Below, in pieces: positions 1-8,975 of a DNA stretch of 64,000 nucleotides. The translations under genes and the position numbers were made by a program. Origin of the DNA: Thermoproteota archaeon (GTDB taxonomy: Archaea; Thermoproteota; Methanomethylicia; Methanomethylicales; Methanomethylicaceae); the NCBI GenBank assembly GCA_016882195.1, contig VGLU01000004.1, positions 5,572 to 69,571 of the forward strand, given 5' to 3'. The notes under the pieces are model-generated. The model had not been told where the DNA came from. It saw only the letters and a list, made by a program, of their open reading frames with translations, and searched no databases. The stretch's first letter is position 1. Each line of letters starts with the position of its first letter.

Positions 1-464
1 CGATTGAAAATAGGGAAGCGATCGTTATCGAAGATATTAAAGGAATACGCAAGTTGTATCAGAAGGGCAACGGTCAGGGTCGCAGATATAGGAGTATGAT
101 GAATTCTTGGTCATTCGGAGAAGTTCAGAGACAGATAGAGTACAAAGCAAATTGGTCAGGCATCCCAATTATTCGCCTAACAAAAGGCGAGACGATGGGC
201 ACCTCAACCATCTGTCCAATATGTGGGGAGAGACTTCTGAATGGACGGAACAGGATGTTGTGGTGTATTTCATGTGGTATGAAAGCGGATCGAGATGTGG
301 TTGCGGTGATCAACCAGTCTCGAAGGGGACGGGTGAGGTTCGCACGTTCCCTGCCCACTGATAAAGGGGCGAAAGGCGGGGCAGTTGAAGCTGTGATGGG
401 GAACCCGACGACTACGGTAATCCTCGGAGTCGATGCCCTGAAGTTGAGTCATCAGAAGACTTGA
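1..464 (+). CDS. tnpB: IS200/IS605-family TnpB (OrfB) C-terminal part; 5' end lies off-window
   Basis: C-terminal zinc-finger/RuvC-III region (CPICGERLLNG...WCISCGMKADRDVVAVINQ). Near-identical at protein and DNA level to the C-terminus of the full TnpB at 42063..43283. Confidence 0.8.
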   Translation, partial: IENREAIVIEDIKGIRKLYQKGNGQGRRYRSMMNSWSFGEVQRQIEYKANWSGIPIIRLTKGETMGTSTICPICGERLLNGRNRMLWCISCGMKADRDVVAVINQSRRGRVRFARSLPTDKGAKGGAVEAVMGNPTTTVILGVDALKLSHQKT

Positions 465-473
465 CAGAACCCG
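1..473 (+). mobile_element. TnpB-only IS element copy A (partial; right end ~461-473 TTGACAGAACC)
   Basis: Shares a conserved ~90-nt right-end block (GGGAACCCGACGACTACGGTAATCCTCGGAG...CTTGACAGAACC) with the copies at 12846-12925 and 43197-43273. Similarity ends right after TTGACAGAACC. Confidence 0.6.
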
Positions 474-521
474 ACAAGTTTTTATAATAAGTCCTCTCGT
501 CATAAGAAATGGTGCAATGAT

Positions 522-746
522 ATGCCAAGCGAACCGATTAGACTGCTCAACAAGTCGCTACACAGCCAGATACTCGTGAAGCTGAAGGACGGGCATGAAT
601 ACGTAGGCAACCTAGCGAAGTACGACCTCACAATGAATCTGATTCTGACCGATGCTATCGAGGCCGTCGACGACGGTAACCCGGTTGCCAAATACGGCAA
701 GATATTGGTCAGGGGCAACAACATCCTTTACATAAAGACCGTATGA
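522..746 (+). CDS. Sm-like archaeal protein (LSm/SmAP)
   Basis: 74 aa with Sm1/Sm2 pattern: ILVKLKDGHEYVGNLAKYDLTMNLILTDAIE...KILVRGNNILYI. Confidence 0.8.
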   Translation: MPSEPIRLLNKSLHSQILVKLKDGHEYVGNLAKYDLTMNLILTDAIEAVDDGNPVAKYGKILVRGNNILYIKTV

Positions 747-890
747 TGCCTCTTCAGTGGGAGTTCAGCGCCATTAATGGAACTTTTCAGCAGATACGTT
801 GGGTTCGGATAGATTATTCGTGCTGACATCCTCCCACCTTTAAAAGGCGCGGGGTTCCCGATTCGTAGGCGCTCTTCATGGTGCCTCATC

Positions 891-1976
891 CTATCGGGTT
901 ACGGGCTGTACCAGAGCAGCCCCTGACGCAGAGATATGCCCTGCGCGCCGTTGCATTATGTTGTATGCTCCATTGTAGTCAGCGTTGTATTCGTGTCCGC
1001 AACTATTGCATTTGAAGAGGCCTCCGACCCGAAGGCCCCTCTCGCCACAGTTGTGGCAGGTCTGAGAGGTGTATGCTTCAGAAATCTTCAGGACCGGTAC
1101 GCCGAACCATTCAGCCTTGTACTTGATGAATTGATAAAGCCTGTAGAATGGAAAGCTATTGAGCTTTCTGTTGAAGGTTCTGCCGCTTCTGTTTGTTCTT
1201 ATTCCTTTCAGGTCTCCTATCACTATGGCTGAATTGTTCCTGTATGCCTCATTGACTATCCTCCTGCTTACTGTGTGGAGGATTGAGTCGGTTGCACGCC
1301 TCTCGCGGTTGGATATCTTCTTGATTGCTCCGTACGCCCCTTTCCTCTGCAACTCCTTTCTTAGCTTGTAGAAGTGTGAACGGACTTTCCTCAACTCTTT
1401 GCCGTAGAATTTCGGCCTGATATCATTTGAATTGATCGTAGTTGCTATGTTTCTTATCCCCATGTCTACGGCGAGTATTGACTGCGGTCTTCTTTCTTCG
1501 ATTTCCTTCTCTACAGTGACATACACATACCAGTCCGAGCCGCGCCTGATGAGCTTGGCCTCCCTTGTCCTCGCTCCTTCTGGAATCGGTGAGGAGGTGG
1601 CTATGGGAACATTGATTCCTCCCCTCTTGCCTGCTACGGGAATCCTCATCCAGTATGGAGTCAGCTTCGTTTCTTCCCTATGCAAATCATAAACATCGTT
1701 CCTGAGGATTATCGGGTACTCCTTGTCTGGATCAAGTCTACCACAGTTCTGCCTCCTCAATCTGTTGAGGAATCTATCGGCCTGTTGCTTTGTTGCGGAG
1801 CAGAGCTCTGCTGACTTATGCCCACGGAGGTAGCGTTGAAAACTCAGATACTCCTGTTCGAGGAGGAGCCTTTTTCCCTCTCTCAATTCAAGAATCTTTG
1901 CCTTTACTGTCTTCTTTGCTATCACAGGCGGCCTGTCCTCAATTGTATGAAGGATATTTAAGCGCATTTGTCCCAC
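891..1976 (-). CDS. tnpB: TnpB-like (IS200/IS605 OrfB) protein, second subfamily
   Basis: 361 aa with a C-terminal zinc finger CHNCGERG...CNSCGHEYNADYNGAYNI and a RuvC-like core. No tnpA nearby. Confidence 0.8.
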   Translation of the reverse strand: MGQMRLNILHTIEDRPPVIAKKTVKAKILELREGKRLLLEQEYLSFQRYLRGHKSAELCSATKQQADRFLNRLRRQNCGRLDPDKEYPIILRNDVYDLHREETKLTPYWMRIPVAGKRGGINVPIATSSPIPEGARTREAKLIRRGSDWYVYVTVEKEIEERRPQSILAVDMGIRNIATTINSNDIRPKFYGKELRKVRSHFYKLRKELQRKGAYGAIKKISNRERRATDSILHTVSRRIVNEAYRNNSAIVIGDLKGIRTNRSGRTFNRKLNSFPFYRLYQFIKYKAEWFGVPVLKISEAYTSQTCHNCGERGLRVGGLFKCNSCGHEYNADYNGAYNIMQRRAGHISASGAALVQPVTR

Positions 1977-2166
1977 CTCTGAGGAGCGTGGGATTTCTGC
2001 GCTTTCGTGGTAATAATTTTATTAGAAAATAATATTAAATAGTGATTATTGCTAATTGCGACGTACATCAAAGGGGATAATGTTATGGACCGCAGAAACA
2101 TCATTGTTGAACGCTTACAGCAACAGCCTGTTGAGACTCACAGCGTAGAGTTTGTGGCGAGGAAGG

Positions 2167-4125
2167 TTACCCTCTACTGAGGGTCTCTTTTAGCCTCTCC
2201 TTCTTGTACTCCTCTAAGAGGTCCCTTACCTTTCGGGTCTTAACCTCCGAGAAGTCTTTGAGTTCCTTTTTAGCTTCCTCTAGCGCCTGCTCTAAGGTAG
2301 CCTTTTCAACTGTCTGGACATCTCCATAGTTCTCTGAGCTGACCGAGGACAGCAGGACTACGGGTATGCCTATTTCTAAGAGTTGGGTTCTCTCATCCGG
2401 CGATATTTCTTCGACCACAAAGGCAGAGATGTCGGAGATCCTCAGAGCCTTTAACAGTTCATCAGATACCTTCCCTATTCGCTCCACTAATGCGATTTTT
2501 CTTTCGTGGAGGTTCACCAGATTGCGGAGAACTTCCGCGACGGTTCTGTAGCGTTTGAACAGGAGAGACCCGCCCGATGCGAGCGCCCCCATCTCAGAGC
2601 GCAGCTGAACGTTTTCGGACTTCGTACATTCCAATTGGCCTCTTAGCTGGCCGATCTCGTTCAGAAGGGACCTGATCCTCCGCTCAAGCTCGTAGACCTC
2701 CCCACTTGGGGGTCTCTTGGGGCGTTCGCCAAGTCTGATAAGACGGGCGGACGTCTCCAGATCCTCAATCCTCTCCTCCAGCGCCTTGATCTGCAGGAGT
2801 AGCTTGTCCCTCTCAGCCTGCATATCCTCAAATTTTGTTTCCAGCACCTTGATCTGCTCGCGTTCCGAGCCCGCCCTCCTTTTTGGAACAACCTCTTCGA
2901 TGACGGGGGTTCTCGAAAGGGCTATGGCATCCTTTATGCTCATCCCCCTCAGGACGTTGGCCTTTACCTCCTCGATCTGGACAGGGCGTTCCTCTGCTTG
3001 TGCGTGGGAAACGGCCTGCTCGAGTTTGTTCCGGTAGAAGGAGTAGGCCTTTGCTGCCGCTGCTAGGGCGTCCCTCTGGTGCGAGTCTTTGACTTTTATC
3101 CTCTGATTGCGGACAATCCTCTCTACGAGATCCGCCTTCTCGGATGTTTTGAGGGACTGCTCGGGTGAGAAGAGGATGGCGCTGTGGGAGGCGGAGAGTT
3201 TGACCAGTAATGACGGTGGAGGGTTAACGTCCGTTGCGAAGACAAGCGCGCGACCGAGCGTGGCCAGAAGACGTGTTATCTGCCCCCTGGTAATTCCGCG
3301 CCCACTGGACACGTGAAGGATCCTCCCACTGAGATCGATCACGGCGAGACCGCATACCATCCCGGGGTCTACGCCGGCTATCAGGTACCGCTTCGGTGGT
3401 GCCGCATTGGTTGAACCAAGAGGCACAAACTCAAAGGACTTCGTGAATGTGGGGGTGACCCTCACGTTTATGCTCGAGGTGCGGATCGGCCTCACTATGC
3501 CAAAGAGGAGGTTTCTTGGGGCATAGACGATGAAGGACGACCCCTCGATGCCGTGTGAGCCCTTCCTGAGGGCAAGGTCGTAGTCTACACCTCTTGAGTT
3601 GAGGGCAGACTCTATCGTCCTTGTCAGGTTCAGCACGGACCCTTGAATGCTCCGCCGGTACCTGCCCTCGCTCATCCCTCCGGAGCCGAATTTCCTCCGC
3701 CGGGAGATCGTGATGCGCGTCTCTGGGTCATAGATCTTGACGAGAAATCCGTGGCCCGCGACAGCCGCCCTGGCGCAGACCTCTGCAGTCCTCGAGGGGG
3801 AGAGCTTCTCGCCCCTTGTCATGCCCAACTGTTTGCTGATGACCGAGAGCTGCTTGAAGCCCTCCGAGGGGGAGCCTGTGACCTGGATCAGGTCCATACT
3901 GTAGAGGGGGGCGACGAACCTTCGGATCTCGCTCTCCGATCCTATCTCGTATATGTTATCAACCGCTATGGCGTCGACCCTGCAGGAGCGGGCCATCTCC
4001 GAGACCCCCTCCATCGATAGGACGTCCTTTCTTATGAGGATCCCAGATTCGTTGATAACCACAGCGGAAAAACCGTTATAGGAGGGGAGTTTGTCCATCC
4101 CCAAGACGGTTTTATAGTTGCTCAT
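2167..4125 (-). CDS. DUF460-type protein: central RuvC/YqgF-like RNase-H-fold domain plus long C-terminal coiled-coil
   Basis: 652 aa. Carries the motif LIAGVDPGMVCGLAVIDLSGRIL (resolvase-like G-[IV]-D-P-G) and a C-terminal heptad-rich region (LETKFEDMQAERDKLLLQIKALEERIEDLE). Confidence 0.55.
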   Translation of the reverse strand: MSNYKTVLGMDKLPSYNGFSAVVINESGILIRKDVLSMEGVSEMARSCRVDAIAVDNIYEIGSESEIRRFVAPLYSMDLIQVTGSPSEGFKQLSVISKQLGMTRGEKLSPSRTAEVCARAAVAGHGFLVKIYDPETRITISRRRKFGSGGMSEGRYRRSIQGSVLNLTRTIESALNSRGVDYDLALRKGSHGIEGSSFIVYAPRNLLFGIVRPIRTSSINVRVTPTFTKSFEFVPLGSTNAAPPKRYLIAGVDPGMVCGLAVIDLSGRILHVSSGRGITRGQITRLLATLGRALVFATDVNPPPSLLVKLSASHSAILFSPEQSLKTSEKADLVERIVRNQRIKVKDSHQRDALAAAAKAYSFYRNKLEQAVSHAQAEERPVQIEEVKANVLRGMSIKDAIALSRTPVIEEVVPKRRAGSEREQIKVLETKFEDMQAERDKLLLQIKALEERIEDLETSARLIRLGERPKRPPSGEVYELERRIRSLLNEIGQLRGQLECTKSENVQLRSEMGALASGGSLLFKRYRTVAEVLRNLVNLHERKIALVERIGKVSDELLKALRISDISAFVVEEISPDERTQLLEIGIPVVLLSSVSSENYGDVQTVEKATLEQALEEAKKELKDFSEVKTRKVRDLLEEYKKERLKETLSRG

Positions 4126-4297
4126 GGTTTTATCAGCGTCAACTAAGGGTTTATGAAATGCAAATGCAATTCATATAGAAATAATAACTAATGCATTAAT
4201 AAGATTAGCTTTTTCTGCAGTTTAAAAGATAGAAATGTGTAACCAATTTATAGACGAAAGGTTTAATAGTATATTGATTGGTAATTTGGTGGCATAA

Positions 4298-4621
4298 GTG
4301 GTTAAAAGGTGGTATATAATGAATAGCGAGTCTGCTGGGGTTGTAGAGGGAGTCCTGACAATAAAGGGCGAGAGTGTAGCAAATGTTGCGATGGCGCTGT
4401 CCTCGCCAACGAGAATACAAATCCTCAACTTCATAAAGGAGAAGGAAGTTGACATGCAGGAGGTGGCCGAGCTGATAAAGCAGAGCAAGGCCAATGCGAG
4501 CGCGCAGATGAGGATCCTCGAGGACGCTGGCTTGGTAAAGACCTCCTATAAGCCTGGAGTCAGAGGGGTCAAGAAGGTCTGCAGCACCAACGTGAAGGAA
4601 ATAAGGCTGTTATTGGTGTGA
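4298..4621 (+). CDS. ArsR/SmtB-family winged-helix transcriptional regulator
   Basis: HTH region SSPTRIQILNFIKEKEVDMQEVAELIKQSKANASAQMRILEDAGLV. Start may be the second Met at 4319. Confidence 0.6.
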   Translation: MVKRWYIMNSESAGVVEGVLTIKGESVANVAMALSSPTRIQILNFIKEKEVDMQEVAELIKQSKANASAQMRILEDAGLVKTSYKPGVRGVKKVCSTNVKEIRLLLV

Positions 4622-4909
4622 ACTACCACCCTTTTCAAAGGGTGGCTTCCAGCATTGGATAAGGCTTTTCGCCGCTATCTGCATCTGCTGGTTCGGGGGG
4701 TTCACTTTTATGTCTCCCCCAAACTCCTCTGACTTTGGCTTTGACTTTCGTTTAGCCTCTTGTCCAAGGAGTCTTTTTGCTATGTTTATGGAGGCGTTGA
4801 GGTCTCTGCTGTAGACCATTCCACAGACCGAACATCGGTAGACCTCTCCCTCGATCCTCTTAACACCTCCGCATCGGTGGCAGGTCTTTGATGTGTCTTT
4901 GGCCTTCAC
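4610..4909 (-). pseudogene. TnpB C-terminal zinc-finger fragment (no RuvC core)
   Basis: 99-aa ORF TCHRCGG...YRCSVCGMVYSRDLNASINIAKR. It abuts the pyrG stop and overlaps the arsR-like 3' end on the opposite strand. Confidence 0.5.
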
Positions 4910-4914
4910 GTAGG

Positions 4915-6519
4915 CTACGTTACCAGCTTTGCGGCGGCCTCAACAAAACCCAGGTATGGCGGCGAGGGGCGCCCTGGTCTCGATTTGAACTCTGGGTGGG
5001 CCTGGGTCCCAAGGAAGAAGGGATGCCCCGGATGCTCCATGAACTCCACCCTCTTCTTGTCTGGTGACCAGCCGCTTAGGACGAGGCCACTCTGTTCAAG
5101 GGCCTTCCAGTACTCCGGATTGACCTCGTACCTGTGGCGGTGCCTCTCGTAGATCTCGGTAGCCCCGTAGAGCTTGTAAGCCAGTGTGCCCTTCTCGAGA
5201 ATTATTTTGTATGCACCAAGGCGCATGGTTCCGCCCATCACACCGATGGTCTTCTGCTCCGGTAGAAAGTCGATCACTGGATACTTCGTCCCAGGACTCA
5301 CCTCCGTGGTGTCCGCTCCAGCATAGCCCAGTACGTTGCGGGCGAACTCCACTATGGCGAGCTGGAACCCGTAGCATATCCCCAGGAAGGGCTTTTTGTT
5401 CTCGCGGGCATAGTTTATTGCCATTATCTTCCCCTCTGTGCCTCTGGCACCGAAGCCGGGTAGGACCATTATGCCTTGGTACTGATCGAGGGTGCAAACC
5501 GCAGAGGTGTCCTCCTCAAATTTCGTTGTCTCTATCCATTCTATGGAGGCCTGCACGCCGACCTTGGCTGCAGAGTGGTGCAGGGCCTCGGTTATGCTCA
5601 CGTAGGAGTCTGCGAGTTTCGTGTATTTCCCGCACATCCCTATCCTCACGACCTTCGAGGCCTTCATGAAGGACTTGGCGATGGAGACCCATGGGTCCCA
5701 CTCCGGCTTGCCGTCCTTTAGGCAGAGCCTCTTCACTATGTAGTTACCCATGCCCTGTTTGTCCAGTTCCAATGGCACCTGGTATATGCTCTCAGCGTCG
5801 TATGACGTGAAGACCGCATCGAGGGGCACGCTACCAAAGAGTGAGATCTTCTTCTTGACGGCCTCTTCCATCGGATCTCTGCACCTTGCCACGAGTATGT
5901 CAGGTTGTAAGCCTATCCTCCGTAACTCTTGGACGCTGTGCTGGAAGGGCTTGCTCTTCTGCTCCTTGGTCACGTCAAGGATCGGGACCAAGGCTATGTG
6001 GACGAAGAGGGTGTTCTCGAAGCCCTCCTCTAAACGCATCTGCCTAACAGCCTCGAAGAAGGGCTGGCTTTCGATGTCTCCAACCGTGCCGCCGATCTCC
6101 ACGAGAAGGACGTCGGTGCCCGCCATCTTCGCTGCAGACTTTATTCGGCTCTTTATCTCATCGGTGATGTGCGGTATGATCTGGACGCACCTGCCGAGGT
6201 ACTCGCCCTTCCGCTCCTTCGCAATTACAGAGGCGTAGACCTGACCGGTGGTGATGTTGTTGAACTTCGGGATGCTTATGTCCAAGAACCTCTCATAATG
6301 ACCAAGATCCAGGTCGGTCTCTCCCCCGTCGTCGGTGACAAAGACCTCGCCGTGCATGTATGGGTTCATCGTCCCCGCGTCCACGTTGACGTATGGATCT
6401 ATCTTAACTACAGACAGGGTGTACCCTCTTGCCTGCAGCATCTTTCCTATGGAGGAGGTCAAGATCCCCTTCCCGACGCTGCTCAGAACCCCGCCCGTCA
6501 CGAAGACGAACTTGGCCAT
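4915..6519 (-). CDS. pyrG: CTP synthase
   Basis: MAKFVFVTGGVLSSVGKGI...DPYVNVDAGTM plus a C-terminal GATase (GICYGFQ). The ORF extends to 6618, but the conserved N-terminus begins at MAKF (ATG at 6517-6519). Confidence 0.95.
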   Translation of the reverse strand: MAKFVFVTGGVLSSVGKGILTSSIGKMLQARGYTLSVVKIDPYVNVDAGTMNPYMHGEVFVTDDGGETDLDLGHYERFLDISIPKFNNITTGQVYASVIAKERKGEYLGRCVQIIPHITDEIKSRIKSAAKMAGTDVLLVEIGGTVGDIESQPFFEAVRQMRLEEGFENTLFVHIALVPILDVTKEQKSKPFQHSVQELRRIGLQPDILVARCRDPMEEAVKKKISLFGSVPLDAVFTSYDAESIYQVPLELDKQGMGNYIVKRLCLKDGKPEWDPWVSIAKSFMKASKVVRIGMCGKYTKLADSYVSITEALHHSAAKVGVQASIEWIETTKFEEDTSAVCTLDQYQGIMVLPGFGARGTEGKIMAINYARENKKPFLGICYGFQLAIVEFARNVLGYAGADTTEVSPGTKYPVIDFLPEQKTIGVMGGTMRLGAYKIILEKGTLAYKLYGATEIYERHRHRYEVNPEYWKALEQSGLVLSGWSPDKKRVEFMEHPGHPFFLGTQAHPEFKSRPGRPSPPYLGFVEAAAKLVT

Positions 6520-6619
6520 ATCTAACACCAGTCTGGTTTGGTAGATTATCAGTTCCTTTAGGATAAAAAGGTATCCGAGCGCATTTCTGAGGGTTAGGAG
6601 AGGAGCGGGCCGCGCCAAG

Positions 6620-7303
6620 TCACTTATTTGCGACCTTGAACTTCCTTATTGTCCACGTGCCCGCGTTGTGGTGCCAGGATGTCTCTGCCTCGAGTATTCG
6701 TATCTTCTTCTTGAAGAGCGGGGAGTCGCAGACAAAGGTTTCATACTCCCCACCCTCGCCCGAGGCGTTGATGCCGTACCTCCCCTTGAGTCTGAGGAGC
6801 GAACTCACGCGGTCTTCGTCGAGCCGGCTTCCCAGCCAGTCTCTGCCTAGGCCCTCCGCCGACACGGAGGTGAAGTATACCTCGAAGCCCAGATCCAGAA
6901 GCTCTCCCAGGAGGACTCCCTCGGGAGCCCCCCATAGGGGTGATAACTCCTCAAGGTCTAACCTTTTGCAGATCTGACCGACCCTCTCCCTCTGGTACCT
7001 GCTGGCGATTGCGCCGGTGCCTATCCCTTCTATATTCCATTTATCCTTCAGGCGGGATAGGATGGAACAAAGTTCCTGTACCTCGACCTCCTTCTCTCCA
7101 GACACCATCGCGCGTTCCCACGGTATACCCATACAGCCTGCCTGGACGTTGGTGAGACCCACGTTCGGTATGTGAAACATCCACGAGTCGGGTCTATTGA
7201 CTATCACGGATACGAGGGCTACGACGGCGTGTCCGGCCCTATGAATTCGGAGCGTGGCCAGATTGCTGTCTTTTCCTCCTGAGTAAAGGATGGCAACCCT
7301 CAT
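6620..7303 (-). CDS. PP-loop ATPase of the diphthine-ammonia ligase (Dph6/MJ0570) family
   Basis: N-terminal MRVAILYSGGKDS PP-loop and an EGGEYETFV motif. Confidence 0.7.
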   Translation of the reverse strand: MRVAILYSGGKDSNLATLRIHRAGHAVVALVSVIVNRPDSWMFHIPNVGLTNVQAGCMGIPWERAMVSGEKEVEVQELCSILSRLKDKWNIEGIGTGAIASRYQRERVGQICKRLDLEELSPLWGAPEGVLLGELLDLGFEVYFTSVSAEGLGRDWLGSRLDEDRVSSLLRLKGRYGINASGEGGEYETFVCDSPLFKKKIRILEAETSWHHNAGTWTIRKFKVANK

Positions 7304-7313
7304 CTCTGTCGCC

Positions 7314-8009
7314 TCAGAAGGCCAGCAGGACGGCGAGAAGTCCTGTCAGAAAGATCCCGTCAAAGGTACCTGCGCCGCCTATGCTCATATTGGCTGCGCC
7401 TAGCGACTTTATGGAATTTATGTGGAGGAGGTCTGCACCCACCAACGTGCCGACGGTGCCTCCCACATAGGCGACGACGGGGGCATAGCCGCCGCCGATT
7501 ATGACCGCAACTATGGCGGAGATCAGGGGGGGTATGAACATCGGAGTTATTATGCCGAGACCCTGCACCGGCTTTGCCAGGAAGAAGATGATCACCGCAA
7601 TTATCGGTACGGCCACCGCCGACGGAACCACGGCGGGGCTGTTCCTCAGCAAGAGGTACGCCGACAAGGCGATGGGCATTATCGCGCCCCCCAGATTTAT
7701 TGAGATCAGGGCCTCAGACGGCCTGGATGCTGCCGATGGTACGGGATAGGGTATTCCGAGATAGTAGACGTATCTCACCGACACGACGGGCCTCTCCACC
7801 GTGGTTCTCCATATGGGGAGGTTAATGGTGCTGCCGACGAGGCTCACCAGAAGGAAGGAGAGGAAGCTGAACCAACCGAGGCCGAACTGGTGCAGGGTTC
7901 GGCCTACAAGACCTAAGAAGAGAAATGGGGCAAGGAAGATCACAATTATGAAGAAGATCATTAGCACCAGTCCGATGACTGGAAGGGAGAGCATCCTCGA
8001 ACTCATCAA
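7314..8009 (-). CDS. polytopic integral membrane protein (possibly DUF1614-like)
   Basis: 231 aa with multiple hydrophobic helices and Gly-rich membrane segments. Family assignment is tentative. Confidence 0.45.
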   Translation of the reverse strand: MMSSRMLSLPVIGLVLMIFFIIVIFLAPFLFLGLVGRTLHQFGLGWFSFLSFLLVSLVGSTINLPIWRTTVERPVVSVRYVYYLGIPYPVPSAASRPSEALISINLGGAIMPIALSAYLLLRNSPAVVPSAVAVPIIAVIIFFLAKPVQGLGIITPMFIPPLISAIVAVIIGGGYAPVVAYVGGTVGTLVGADLLHINSIKSLGAANMSIGGAGTFDGIFLTGLLAVLLAF

Positions 8010-8219
8010 AACGACCTTAATGGATTATCAAGGCAAAAAGGATATAACTTTTTGGATGTCGTTATTACGGTGTGATAGTTATGGAGAGGGTGCTCGTTAC
8101 ACGCACTCCAGCTGAGGGAAAGCGCCTTGTCGGCAAGGCAGTAGCCATGATGGAGCCGGTCACCGCAGAGGTGGAGGACTGCAAGAGGTGCAAGATGAGA
8201 TGCTGGAAGGGGTTGGAAG

Positions 8220-8975
8220 GTGCTGCTTGAAGTAGAGGACTTGCACGTCAGCGTGGAGAGGAAGGAGCTGCTTAAGGGAGTCGACCTGAAGGTGGATAGG
8301 GGGGAGGTCTTTGCGGTGATGGGCCACAACGCCTCTGGTAAGACCACCCTCGCGCTCACCTTGGCGGGCTTCCCCCAGTACACGGTCACGAGGGGCAAGA
8401 TCACCTTCGACGGCAAGGATATCACGAACAAGACGATAGACGAGAGGGCGAGGGCAGGCATGGCCCTCGCTTTCCAGTCCCCGCCGGCGATCCGGGGCAT
8501 AAGGCTCGGCGATATCATCTCCCTGGCCGGTGGGGTGAACCCATGGACGCCCAGACCTGGGGACGACATGGACCTGCCAAAGAAGATGCTGGAGAGGGTC
8601 AACCTAGAGCACTCACTCTATACAAACAGGGAGCTCAATGTGGGCTTCTCAGGCGGCGAGAGGAAGAGATCCGAGCTTGCCCAGATATTTGCTATGAGAC
8701 CGAGGTTGATGATACTGGACGAGCCCGACAGCGGGGTGGACATAGACTCCTTGAAGGTGGTGGGGAACAGCCTGCGGGAGTACATCTCCAGCTACGACTG
8801 CACCGTGATAATAATAACCCACCACAGGCACATACTGCAGTACCTGAAGCCCACGAGGGTGCATATAATGTCCAACGGGAGGATCATGATAACCGGGGGG
8901 TACGACGAGCTGATGCCCAAGATCGAGGCGATGGGGTACGAGCAGCTCATAAAGGAGGCGGTTGCGAATGGATGA
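8220..8975 (+). CDS. sufC: Fe-S cluster assembly ATPase SufC
   Basis: Walker A GHNASGKTT, ABC signature FSGGERKR, Walker B LMILDEPDSGVD. Confidence 0.9.
   Translation: MLLEVEDLHVSVERKELLKGVDLKVDRGEVFAVMGHNASGKTTLALTLAGFPQYTVTRGKITFDGKDITNKTIDERARAGMALAFQSPPAIRGIRLGDIISLAGGVNPWTPRPGDDMDLPKKMLERVNLEHSLYTNRELNVGFSGGERKRSELAQIFAMRPRLMILDEPDSGVDIDSLKVVGNSLREYISSYDCTVIIITHHRHILQYLKPTRVHIMSNGRIMITGGYDELMPKIEAMGYEQLIKEAVANG

Noticed and set aside
5096-5721. Several 60-160-aa ORFs inside pyrG on both strands
   Set aside because: They overlap a well-supported CTP synthase gene. They are Arg/Pro/Gly-rich translations of alternative frames.
8006-8602. 198-aa minus-strand ORF
   Set aside because: It is fully antisense to sufC and the upstream region, has Pro/Ala/Ser-rich low-complexity composition typical of GC-rich antisense frames, and carries no motif.
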